From positions 1-20,090 of the forward strand of contig JASJCB010000204.1 of assembly GCA_030066195.1 (NCBI GenBank): DNA of 20,090 bases, given 5' to 3'. The notes beneath the pieces were generated by a model. The model was not told the DNA's origin. It saw only the letters and a program-made list of their open reading frames with translations, and searched no databases. Shown here piece by piece: positions 8,801 to 15,824 of this stretch. Positions within the stretch are counted from its first letter, which is position 1. Each line of letters opens with the position of its first letter. The DNA is from Acidobacteriota bacterium (lineage in GTDB: Bacteria; Acidobacteriota; Holophagae; Acanthopleuribacterales; Acanthopleuribacteraceae). The translations under genes were made by a program, and so were the position numbers.

Positions 8801-11248
8801 TATCCGCCGCGAACCCGCGCCTGCGCCATGGTCTTTTGGGAGCGCTTCTGTTCCGCCGGGCCTAAAGCCAACTTCCTGGCTACCTGCAAGGGCTTGCGCG
8901 CCCTGACCGAACTGTTCCCCGAGAACAAACAATCCGTTGCCTTTATCGCCGGCCTGGAGCAGTTGATCGGGCGCTTCTTGGAAACCTCCGGCCTGTTCGA
9001 GAGTCACCGCGCTCACGATGCCGCCGTCTACCTGTTCCGCGAGTTGATCCACGGCAACGGCTTCGCGATCTCCCAAGAGGCCGGCGTCATCTACCGGGAA
9101 CTGGTCGCCTACCTGAAACACCGCAACGCGCAAGACAGCTTCCGCGCCAACTTGAAGACCCTGGAAAAGGACCCGATCAAGGCATTCAACCTGTGCCGGG
9201 AGTGGGTGGCGGCCTATATCGACGCGGAAGTGAACGGCGAGGACGATTTTGAAGACGAAGTGGCGGCGCTGCTGTTCACTGAAAGCTACGATCCCGAACG
9301 GGTGGCCGAGGTTACCGTCAACCGCGACCTGACCGGGTTCAAGGGCAACCACCCGCTGCTTGAAGGCGGCAACTATCACCTGAACTACAACGCCTTCATG
9401 GAAAAGCTGGCCCAATTCCAACGGGATGTCAGCCCCAAGTACACGTGCTATCTCAGCTTGAAGAAAAAGCTCAGCGAAGAATTTGCCGTGGATTTGCGCC
9501 TGGAGGAATTCAAGCCGCGCGTGCTGACCAGTTTCGTGCGCAACAAGTTGTTGGACCAGGTCTACCTGCCGATTATCGGCGACAACCTGGCCAAGCAAAT
9601 CGGCGCCGCCGGCGCGGGCACCCGCACGGATCGCATGGGCATGCTCCTGCTCATATCACCCCCCGGCTACGGTAAAACCACCCTGATGGAGTACATCGCC
9701 AATCGCCTGGGCCTGATCTTCATGAAGATCAACGGGCCCGCCATCGGTCACGAGGCAACCAGTATCGACCCCGCCGCCGCCCCTCATTCCGCGGCTCGCG
9801 AGGAATTGAACAAGCTGAACCTGTCCTTGGAAATGGGCGATAACGTGATGATCTATCTGGACGACATCCAGCACTGTAACCCGGAACTCCTGCAAAAGTT
9901 CATCTCCCTGTGCGACGCCCAAAGGAAGATAGAGGGCGTCTACAAGGGCCGCACCCGCACCTATGACCTGCGCGGCAAGAAGGTCTGCGTGGTCATGGCG
10001 GGCAACCCCTACACCGAATCGGGCGACAAGTTCCAGATCCCCGACATGCTGGCCAACCGCGCCGACACCTACAACCTGGGCGATATCATCGGCGACCAGG
10101 CAAGCTCCTTCGAACTGAGCTATGTGGAAAACGCGCTGACCAGCAACCCGGTCCTCAATAAACTGGCGGGCCGCAGCCAGAAAGACGTCTATAGCCTGAT
10201 CAAAATCACGGAAACGGGAACCCGCGAGGGCATCGAACTCGAGGGCAATTACACCAATGAAGAAGTCAGCGAGTTCAGCAACGTCCTGGCCAAACTCTTC
10301 CGCGTGCGCGATGTCATCCTGCGCGTCAACCTGGAGTACATCCGCTCCGCGGCCATGGAAGACGCCTATCGCACCGAACCGGCCTTCAAGCTACAGGGCA
10401 GCTACCGCAATATGAATAAAATCGCCGAGAAGGTGCTGCCCATTATGAACGACGCGGAACTGGAAACCCTGATTGCCTCCCACTACGAAAACGAGGCCCA
10501 AACCCTGACCAGCGGCGCGGAAGCCAACCTGCTCAAGTTCCGCGAACTTTGCGGGACCATGACCGGGGAAGAACAAAACCGCTGGACCCAAATCAAGCGT
10601 ACCTTCCACAAAAAGCAATCCATGCACGGCGTCGATTCGGAAGACAAGGTGGGCCAGGTGATCTTGCAACTGGCCAATTTCGGCGAAGGTCTGGAGGCCA
10701 TCAAAGACACCCTGGCCAAGGTCGCGGAAAACCGCGAACCCATCGACGAAATCCAGGAAGAGGGCCCGTTGGAAACCCACACCACGCTGTCCCCGGACAC
10801 CCTCACAAACCTGGGCGGCCTGCTCCAACCCATGATGGAAACCATGGGCAAATCGTTGGCGCAAGCCACGGCCGGCCAGGAGGCAAACCGGGCGCTGGAA
10901 CAGGCAAGGGCGCAAATCCAGGCCCTGGAAGCGGCAAAAAGAGAAGCGGAAGCCAAAAAGCCGGAACCCGCACCCGCCCAACCTGCCGCACCTAAAAAAC
11001 CAACCCCGGAAATCGACCCGCGCTTCTTGATGAAGGTCATCCGCCAGCAGTTCAACGTCATGCACCACTGGCTGAAACCCCTCTACGACACGGCGGTCAA
11101 GAACGACAAAACGGTAGACGACCTGAACGCGGCGGTCAATAACCTCATGACCACCCACGGCAGCTTGCTGAACTACCTCCAGCAATTCCAGGGAACCAGG
11201 AAACCAGCTCCGAAACAACCGCCGAGAAGAAAGAAGACCGAAACTTAA
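5831..11248 (+). CDS. Giant 1805-aa protein. Residues 1 to ~1250 are unassigned, with coiled-coil segments around residues ~480-560 and ~700-780. Residues ~1260-1520 form an AAA+ ATPase core of the AAA_5/MoxR/McrB type. The tail has a Pro/Ala/Lys-rich linker and a small terminal domain. GTG at 5831 or ATG at 5837.
   Basis: Walker A LLLISPPGYGKTT (nt 9665..9682 = GYGKTT). Walker B VMIYLDDIQH (DD at 9860..9865). Sensor-1-like VVMAGNPYT. Arg motif PDMLANRADTYNL. Uninterrupted 5.4-kb ORF with host-like codon usage. AGGGTGG RBS. Only 60 bp from the flotillin gene. Confidence 0.85.
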   Translation: MDMSDAVEEQKQDVQLEGGTYEIIRNRLNGQADELRARLKKLNETRKATFGSIETKLVGSERITTDNNCTPRDMVPIGDKFIFGYNVHVGLRAELDLDDVFAVYTIHDDGFRLESLDLIRDPKFEKDFHNLYKYYKKTVFSTFKVIGPHLFMKFRVGEAINDFKTFKWLIEGAGLTYMDNRSDHEFKYPPQHEFEWLRTRRDWFRMGAHPHISIDDRVFVETIGGDLTIKVEDNTDVGHGILDEPVENPDQTLDDAEIYYASIGPLILLKILPYQEKEWRYFVFNEKLQEAHRVDAIADSCVLLPDDHGIIFPKGYYLLTGELKEFDNQLSDMIFESRVPSPNGEDFLYVFYNRLDGVYILLSYNLIEQKVATPIICSGFSLFEDGKLIYFRADAQPAKHHALQIWQTGYVGLNYKQEDMAETALTKIGNKDVVRCMAECHEVLVLIGKEDVYANLYVDIVRKVTSIVDAYFWLSNEGAEKPREVLEQIRTTANGAIEEFEKVNRIKKATAAELARVSEKADALTAEVSRTHFEGIGEFVRLLAELRTLRGEIIGCRERRYIDLERVDELEQRAGEQADTLSQRCVEFLLQPEALEPYADRVAAQETAVGDLARVTAAKEVEDALDQAGSDLELLIEIVSNLKIDDATETTRIIDSISAIYADLNRVKSAVKNKKTELARVEGVAEFNAQMKLVSQGLINYLDVCDTPDKCETYLTKLTVQLEELEGKFAEFDEFIEQLTDKREEVYNAFEAKRLQLVEARNKKATSLFGSAERILKGVRGRIAKFTDVNEINGYFAGDLMVDKVRNIMASLVDLGETVKADDLQSRLKTIREEAVRQLKDKLDLYEDGGNLIKLGNHKFSVNAQTLALTTVLREDKQYFHLTGTNFFEEITDAELLATEPVWEMEVSSENRRVYRGEFLAYQMLRSLETGEEHTAAEALAMDDDALLTYVQRFMGPRFNEGYAKGVHDRDAASLLRVLLELHEKLGLLAYPPRTRACAMVFWERFCSAGPKANFLATCKGLRALTELFPENKQSVAFIAGLEQLIGRFLETSGLFESHRAHDAAVYLFRELIHGNGFAISQEAGVIYRELVAYLKHRNAQDSFRANLKTLEKDPIKAFNLCREWVAAYIDAEVNGEDDFEDEVAALLFTESYDPERVAEVTVNRDLTGFKGNHPLLEGGNYHLNYNAFMEKLAQFQRDVSPKYTCYLSLKKKLSEEFAVDLRLEEFKPRVLTSFVRNKLLDQVYLPIIGDNLAKQIGAAGAGTRTDRMGMLLLISPPGYGKTTLMEYIANRLGLIFMKINGPAIGHEATSIDPAAAPHSAAREELNKLNLSLEMGDNVMIYLDDIQHCNPELLQKFISLCDAQRKIEGVYKGRTRTYDLRGKKVCVVMAGNPYTESGDKFQIPDMLANRADTYNLGDIIGDQASSFELSYVENALTSNPVLNKLAGRSQKDVYSLIKITETGTREGIELEGNYTNEEVSEFSNVLAKLFRVRDVILRVNLEYIRSAAMEDAYRTEPAFKLQGSYRNMNKIAEKVLPIMNDAELETLIASHYENEAQTLTSGAEANLLKFRELCGTMTGEEQNRWTQIKRTFHKKQSMHGVDSEDKVGQVILQLANFGEGLEAIKDTLAKVAENREPIDEIQEEGPLETHTTLSPDTLTNLGGLLQPMMETMGKSLAQATAGQEANRALEQARAQIQALEAAKREAEAKKPEPAPAQPAAPKKPTPEIDPRFLMKVIRQQFNVMHHWLKPLYDTAVKNDKTVDDLNAAVNNLMTTHGSLLNYLQQFQGTRKPAPKQPPRRKKTET

Positions 11249-11387
11249 ACCACATCACGGAACCTGTTTTTTTAGTGAGAAACATTGAGGAGCCCTGTCG
11301 GTTCCAGCAATTTTAGGCTATAGTTCCCGACTGCCTTACTCAGCCTTTTACTGCATTTTTCACTCAATTAAACTCAGGAGAAAGAAC

Positions 11388-12368
11388 ATGTTTCGACTTT
11401 TCGCGGCCGTCGTCCTGGCGGCCTGCATTGCCCCCGTTACCTTTGCGGCAACCCATTACGTGGCCCCCGGTCAGAATATCCAGTCGGTTCTGGACAGCTC
11501 CGGCGCCTATGACACCGTCATTCTTCAATCGGGGGATCATTACATCTCCCAAACCCTGCGCCTGCCCGCGCGCACGACTTTGAAAGGCGGCGGACCCAAC
11601 CGTAATTCGGTCAGCCTGATCGCCATGTCTTCCCTGGTCGGACCGGTGATCAAGGCTGTCAACGACTCAACCGGCAGTGACCGCAGCCACAAGATTCTGG
11701 ACATGCAAATCATCAGCAACGGAACCGCTCAATCGAGTACCGAGGCAACCGGTATCATGCTGTGGAACGTGCAGTACAGCGAAGTCAACAATGTGGTCAT
11801 CAGGAACACCTGGCGCATGAGCATTTCCATGCAGAACTCCTACCACATCTACGTCTTCAACAGCGAGTTCCGCGATATGGGTTTCGGTCCCACGGCGCTG
11901 GGCAGCTTCTGGATCAACAATTGCGATAGGGTTTGGATCGGGGACAATGTCATCTACGGCATGAACAACGGTACCAAAGGCGACGGTGGTATCGATTGCT
12001 ACGGCAGCACAATGGTGAAGATCTACCGCAATGACCTCTACGACACCGGTGAAAGCTCCATCTACGCCGCGAATGCGGGTTGTCCGGGCATCGAAGTCTG
12101 GGGCAATTACATCACCGGCAGCAATGAGTGGGGCATCGACCTGGTCAACAGTCCGGGCGCCTTCGTCTCCTCCAACGAAATCCGCAACAGCTTCCACGGG
12201 GCTATCGTCCTCTGGGACTCTCCCAACGCGGAAGTAACCTACAACGTGATGTTCAACAACAACACCGGTGGTCACGTATCCTGCAACGGTCTGAACCGCC
12301 GAGGCAACACCAGCGGTCTGACCTTCACAAACAACAGCGGTAACGGCACCCTGCTCTGCAATCGCTAA
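11388..12368 (+). CDS. Secreted right-handed parallel beta-helix (pectate-lyase-fold, PbH1-repeat) protein.
   Basis: AGGAG RBS. Signal peptide MFRLFAAVVLAACIAPVTFAA. Repetitive beta-helix rungs (NNVVIRNT, IGDNVIYG, GNYITGSNEWGIDLVNS, NSFHGAIVLWDS) rich in N/G/T/S. Confidence 0.65.
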   Translation: MFRLFAAVVLAACIAPVTFAATHYVAPGQNIQSVLDSSGAYDTVILQSGDHYISQTLRLPARTTLKGGGPNRNSVSLIAMSSLVGPVIKAVNDSTGSDRSHKILDMQIISNGTAQSSTEATGIMLWNVQYSEVNNVVIRNTWRMSISMQNSYHIYVFNSEFRDMGFGPTALGSFWINNCDRVWIGDNVIYGMNNGTKGDGGIDCYGSTMVKIYRNDLYDTGESSIYAANAGCPGIEVWGNYITGSNEWGIDLVNSPGAFVSSNEIRNSFHGAIVLWDSPNAEVTYNVMFNNNTGGHVSCNGLNRRGNTSGLTFTNNSGNGTLLCNR

Positions 12369-12382
12369 ACCAATAGAATCGA

Positions 12383-12433
12383 GCCGCGGAGTGCGCGGGG
12401 AAGATGAACATCGCTTCCTACGTACTCCGCGGC
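12383..12433 (+). terminator. 10-bp inverted repeat GCCGCGGAGT...ACTCCGCGGC enclosing a 31-nt loop with an inner 5-bp hairpin, 15 nt after the beta-helix gene stop. No clear U-tract, so possibly Rho-dependent or another structured RNA.
   Basis: Read directly from the sequence. Confidence 0.25.
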
Positions 12434-12518
12434 CGAAACAACTTGCCCCGGGCTTGGAGGCAGATTGAGTTGCGCACGAATCGATCCGAAGCATGGGTAA
12501 TGACGCCGTGATAAGATA

Positions 12519-13487
12519 ATGAAAGTTCAAGCCCGGAGGCTTTCATTGATCATGCCCCATACTTTGCTGAAGACGCTTTTGTCGATATTGTTAGGTGTAG
12601 CCTTGCTCCCGGGTTACGCCTCGGAAGACGCCTACTACGATCAAATCGCCCGTGCCCACCACTACTTCTACAACGCCGAAGACTACGTCCGAGCCGCCGA
12701 GGCCTACGACAAGGCATTTGCTCTTCAAAAAGGCCGCAACCAGGACTATCATCGCGCCGCCGTTTGCCGCGCCAGGACGGGAAATATCGCCGGAGCGCTT
12801 TCCTTTTTGGCATCGGCTGTCGAGGCCGGCTGGAGGGACTGGGAAGAAACTGAAGATGAAGAGGCTTTTGCCGTCTTGCACAAAGAACCGGAATGGGTGC
12901 GCCTATCGGAAATCCTGAAGGAAAGACACCGGACTCACCAGGCCGGCTTGAACCGGGCATTGATCGAAAAACTGGCCGCCATCCGCGAGGATGATCAAAA
13001 ACTGCGCCTGCAACTGCGAGACCTGACCAGGAAATACGGACACCAGTCGGAAGAGGTACGCGCGGCTTGGGCAAAGATCGGGGAGAAGGATAAGAAAAAC
13101 CTGGCCTTGATTGAAGCCATCCTGGCCGAACACGGCTATCCCGGTTGGAGCATGGTAGGCAACCAACGCATGACCGCGTTTCTGGTTATTCAACACGCCG
13201 CGCCGGAAATCCGCGTTAAATACCTGCCCATGCTCAAAAAAGCCGCCGCCGAGGGTGAAATGCCCAACAGATCCCTGGCTTTGGTCATCGACCGCATGCA
13301 CATGGAAAAAGGTGAAAAACAAATCTACGGTTCCCAAGTGACTCGTGATAAAGACGGCAACACTGTCGTTCACCCCATTGAAGATGAGGCGGGCGTCCAT
13401 CGTCGCCGTGCCGAGATGGATTTGTTGCCCCTGGACAAGTACCTGAAGTACCTCAAGATAGACTACCCGCCGCTGATCCGGGAATAA
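12519..13487 (+). CDS. Secreted hypothetical protein: signal peptide, N-terminal TPR-like helical region, conserved-looking C-terminal domain of unknown function.
   Basis: Signal peptide LLKTLLSILLGVALLPGYAS. Helical repeats (YDQIARAHHYFYNAEDYVRAAEAYDKAFAL...). Coding-like codon bias across the full ORF. Confidence 0.55.
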   Translation: MKVQARRLSLIMPHTLLKTLLSILLGVALLPGYASEDAYYDQIARAHHYFYNAEDYVRAAEAYDKAFALQKGRNQDYHRAAVCRARTGNIAGALSFLASAVEAGWRDWEETEDEEAFAVLHKEPEWVRLSEILKERHRTHQAGLNRALIEKLAAIREDDQKLRLQLRDLTRKYGHQSEEVRAAWAKIGEKDKKNLALIEAILAEHGYPGWSMVGNQRMTAFLVIQHAAPEIRVKYLPMLKKAAAEGEMPNRSLALVIDRMHMEKGEKQIYGSQVTRDKDGNTVVHPIEDEAGVHRRRAEMDLLPLDKYLKYLKIDYPPLIRE

Positions 13488-13553
13488 ATCGCGGCAGCTG
13501 TCATCGAGCATTGGAAACTCCGGCACATCCATATGCCGAAGTCCCCATAGCTC

Positions 13554-14348
13554 CTATTCGGGGCAGGGCTCGTTAGTGGACCGGATTAACTCTGAAATAT
13601 CGGTTTGGCCGGGCCGGACCGGCATTTTCTGCCGGAAGGTTTGGGTTGAAGTCCAGTTGCAGTAGATTCGGTACACGTCCACATGGTTGACGAAGGGGCC
13701 GCTGCCCAGTAACAGGTAATCGTCAGCCAGGGTAAGGCCCCTGCGACTGGAGCTAAAATCGGAGCTATTGCCGAAATGCCTGATAAAGACGGGTCGATCC
13801 GGGTTGCTGATGTCCAACAAATCGAGCGCCCGGTTTTGCGCAAGAGCGACCAGTAGATCCCCCGACAGAACAAGGTTTCTGTATAACCCGGTTCCTGCAA
13901 AAAGATACCGTTCCTCCGGTTGGGCGGGGTCGGTAATGTCGATGACCCGGATACCGGTGGTGGCGGAGGCGATATAGAGCCGATCGGTAATCGGGTCCAA
14001 GGCAAGGTGTTGTCCGTCCCACCCGGCAATGGTCGTCACGTGTTGCGGATCGGCCGGATCGTTGACGTCGAAGATATGCAGGCCGTTCTCACCCACCACA
14101 TAGGCATAACCCTCGGCGACTTCGATATCCAGTCCATCCCCGGCATTCATGAGTACCTGAGCCGCGAAGTCCGGTGCGCCCAGCACATCGATGGTGCTGA
14201 ATTGGTGTTCGTAGAGCATGTAGGCATAACCGCCGTCCACCGTCAATCGAGTCGGGCCGTCCAAAACCATGGGGACATCTCCCACCGGTGTGATCATGCT
14301 CGGGTCGCTGATATCGTAGGCCCGGAAACCGTGGGAAAAGTCGGCCAT
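13554..14348 (-). CDS. LVIVD-repeat beta-propeller protein, apparently truncated at its 5' end by the adjacent hairpin-repeat array. No signal peptide, and the first Met lies inside a repeat. Possible pseudogene.
   Basis: LVIVD-type repeats (GYAYVVGENGLHIFDVNDPADP; LYIASATTGIRVIDITDPAQP; LLVALAQNRALDLLDISNPDRP). The reading frame continues 5 codons (KINGI) into the first repeat unit, then hits an in-frame TAA at the unit boundary. Confidence 0.55.
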   Translation of the reverse strand: MADFSHGFRAYDISDPSMITPVGDVPMVLDGPTRLTVDGGYAYMLYEHQFSTIDVLGAPDFAAQVLMNAGDGLDIEVAEGYAYVVGENGLHIFDVNDPADPQHVTTIAGWDGQHLALDPITDRLYIASATTGIRVIDITDPAQPEERYLFAGTGLYRNLVLSGDLLVALAQNRALDLLDISNPDRPVFIRHFGNSSDFSSSRRGLTLADDYLLLGSGPFVNHVDVYRIYCNWTSTQTFRQKMPVRPGQTDISELIRSTNEPCPE

Positions 14349-14354
14349 GTAGGC

Positions 14355-14727
14355 GATACCGTTGATTTTACCCCCTATGTAATCTACATAGGGTTAGATA
14401 CCGTTGATTTTACCCCCTATGTAATCTACATAGGGTTAGATACCGTTGATTTTGGGGAGCATTAGATTACATAGGGTCTGAAACCGCTGATTTTGCCCCC
14501 TATGTAACGTGCATAGGGTTGGAAACCGTTGATTCGGCCCCCTATGGAGTTTACATAGAGGGTAAATCATCGTGACAAGACCCTCATGGGAAAAATGTCG
14601 CCCAAAATCAACGGTATCTAACCCTATGGAGATTGCATAGGGGTCAACATCAACGGTATCTAACCCTATGCACGCTACATAGGGGTCAAAATCAACGGTA
14701 TCTAACCCTATGCAGGTTAATGGGTTG
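14355..14727. repeat. Array of eight ~42-bp hairpin repeat units. Five direct units lie at 14355-14564, then a 39-bp centre, then three inverted units at 14604-14727. Consensus: GATACCGTTGATTTT-ACC-CCCTATG-[7 nt variable loop]-CATAGGG-TTA.
   Basis: Seen directly. Units 1 and 2 are identical (loop TAATCTA). Unit 3 carries the inverted loop TAGATTA with a decayed left stem arm. Unit 4 loop is TAACGTG and unit 5 GAGTTTA. Reverse-strand units carry loops related to those on the left arm. Overall the array is an imperfect ~370-bp palindrome. Confidence 0.9.
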
Positions 14728-14822
14728 TCATATCAGCACTTCACAACTATATTTTTTCAATTCGGCTTGTGGCGACCGTGTCGGGTCGGGTAGAATAAGC
14801 CTGACCACCCCAGCGGAGTTCA

Positions 14823-15824
14823 TTGTTGCGGATTCTTTTCGAATCGAACCACGTATATCCGGCCGGCGGCTCTACCGGTACCGGTTTATCTCCCAATTCC
14901 CTGGCCACCGGCGGTTCCAGCATGGTTCACGACCTCCTGGCCCGTGCCCTGGCCGAGTTGGGTCATCAGGTCTTTTATCTCTTGCCCAACAGTCGCGATC
15001 CCGACCTGCCCGATGGGGTTACGCATCTCACTCATCCCATCGTCGATGTGGATGTCTTCCATCATTACAACAGTCAGAAGCTGTTCGAATCCAAAGCCCT
15101 TGAATCAATTCAAGCAGCCGGCATACCCTGGGTGGTTACCTGTCACAACGCGCCCGGGCATTGGGGCGGCGCTCGTGGTGATGTCCGCGACAATTGGATC
15201 TTCGTTTCCAAGACCCTGGCCGAAGCCCATGGCAGCGGGCGCTACGTTTGGAACGGCGTGGACCCGGAGGCGCTTCAGTTCAGTAGGGTCAAGCAGGACT
15301 ACCTTCTGTTCATCAGCAATATGCGGAACCTGGATCAGGTTTATGCCAAAGGTCTCGATCTTGCCTTGGAAGTTTCGGCCCGGTCGGGTTGCCCGCTACG
15401 GGTTATCGGTTCCTGCCGCGACCGCGAAACTATCGACGCCGTGACCGACATGTGCCGTCGCGCCGATGCTCACTTCCTGGGGGATGTTCGCGGTATCGAG
15501 AAAGCTCGACTCCTGGCCTCGGCCAAAGCACTTTTGTTTACCTCGCGATTACATGAGGCGTTCGGGCTTCCCATCATCGAGGCCGCGGTAAGCGGGACCC
15601 CGGTTATCAGCTTGAACATCGGCGCCGCCGAAGAACTGGTTTCCGTCAGCATGGGTTTCGTTTGTGCCGATGTTCAGGAGATGGTCTGTCGCGTCGACAG
15701 GGTATCGGCTGTCGACCCTGAGACCTGTCGGGCTCACGCACTCGAACGTTTTCACTACCACCGGACGGCGCGTGAATACCTGACGCAGTACCAATTGGAG
15801 ATGGAGGGCGTGTCATGTCCCTGA
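14823..15824 (+). CDS. Glycosyltransferase family 4 (GT-B, retaining type), TTG start.
   Basis: N-terminal ILFESNHVYPAGG and C-terminal EAFGLPIIEAAVSGTPVIS (E-x7-E) motifs typical of GT4. GGAG RBS 5 nt upstream. Confidence 0.75.
   Translation: MLRILFESNHVYPAGGSTGTGLSPNSLATGGSSMVHDLLARALAELGHQVFYLLPNSRDPDLPDGVTHLTHPIVDVDVFHHYNSQKLFESKALESIQAAGIPWVVTCHNAPGHWGGARGDVRDNWIFVSKTLAEAHGSGRYVWNGVDPEALQFSRVKQDYLLFISNMRNLDQVYAKGLDLALEVSARSGCPLRVIGSCRDRETIDAVTDMCRRADAHFLGDVRGIEKARLLASAKALLFTSRLHEAFGLPIIEAAVSGTPVISLNIGAAEELVSVSMGFVCADVQEMVCRVDRVSAVDPETCRAHALERFHYHRTAREYLTQYQLEMEGVSCP

Noticed and set aside
5876-11218. Numerous ORFs inside or antisense to the giant ATPase gene (for example 6221..6754 -, 6872..7579 -, 7595..8473 -, 8672..9598 -, 10391..11218 -, 10549..10995 +).
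   Set aside because: They lie wholly inside a 5.4-kb ORF with intact AAA+ motifs and consistent codon usage. Their translations are Arg/Gly/Leu-rich shadows.
12550-13532. Antisense ORFs 12550..13074, 12591..12881 and 12903..13532 opposite the secreted TPR-like gene.
   Set aside because: Arg/Pro/Gly-rich shadow translations. The sense ORF has a signal peptide and coherent helical repeats.
14355-14727. Repeat array considered as a CRISPR array.
   Set aside because: The period is only ~42 bp and the variable part is a 7-nt hairpin loop, not a 28-40-bp spacer. Units occur in both orientations. There are no cas genes or leader.
13920-15103. Plus-strand ORFs 13920..14465 and 14633..15103 that read through the repeat array.
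   Set aside because: Their translations are periodic artefacts of the repeats (for example HRGQ(H/N)QRYLTLC repeated) and they overlap better-supported genes.
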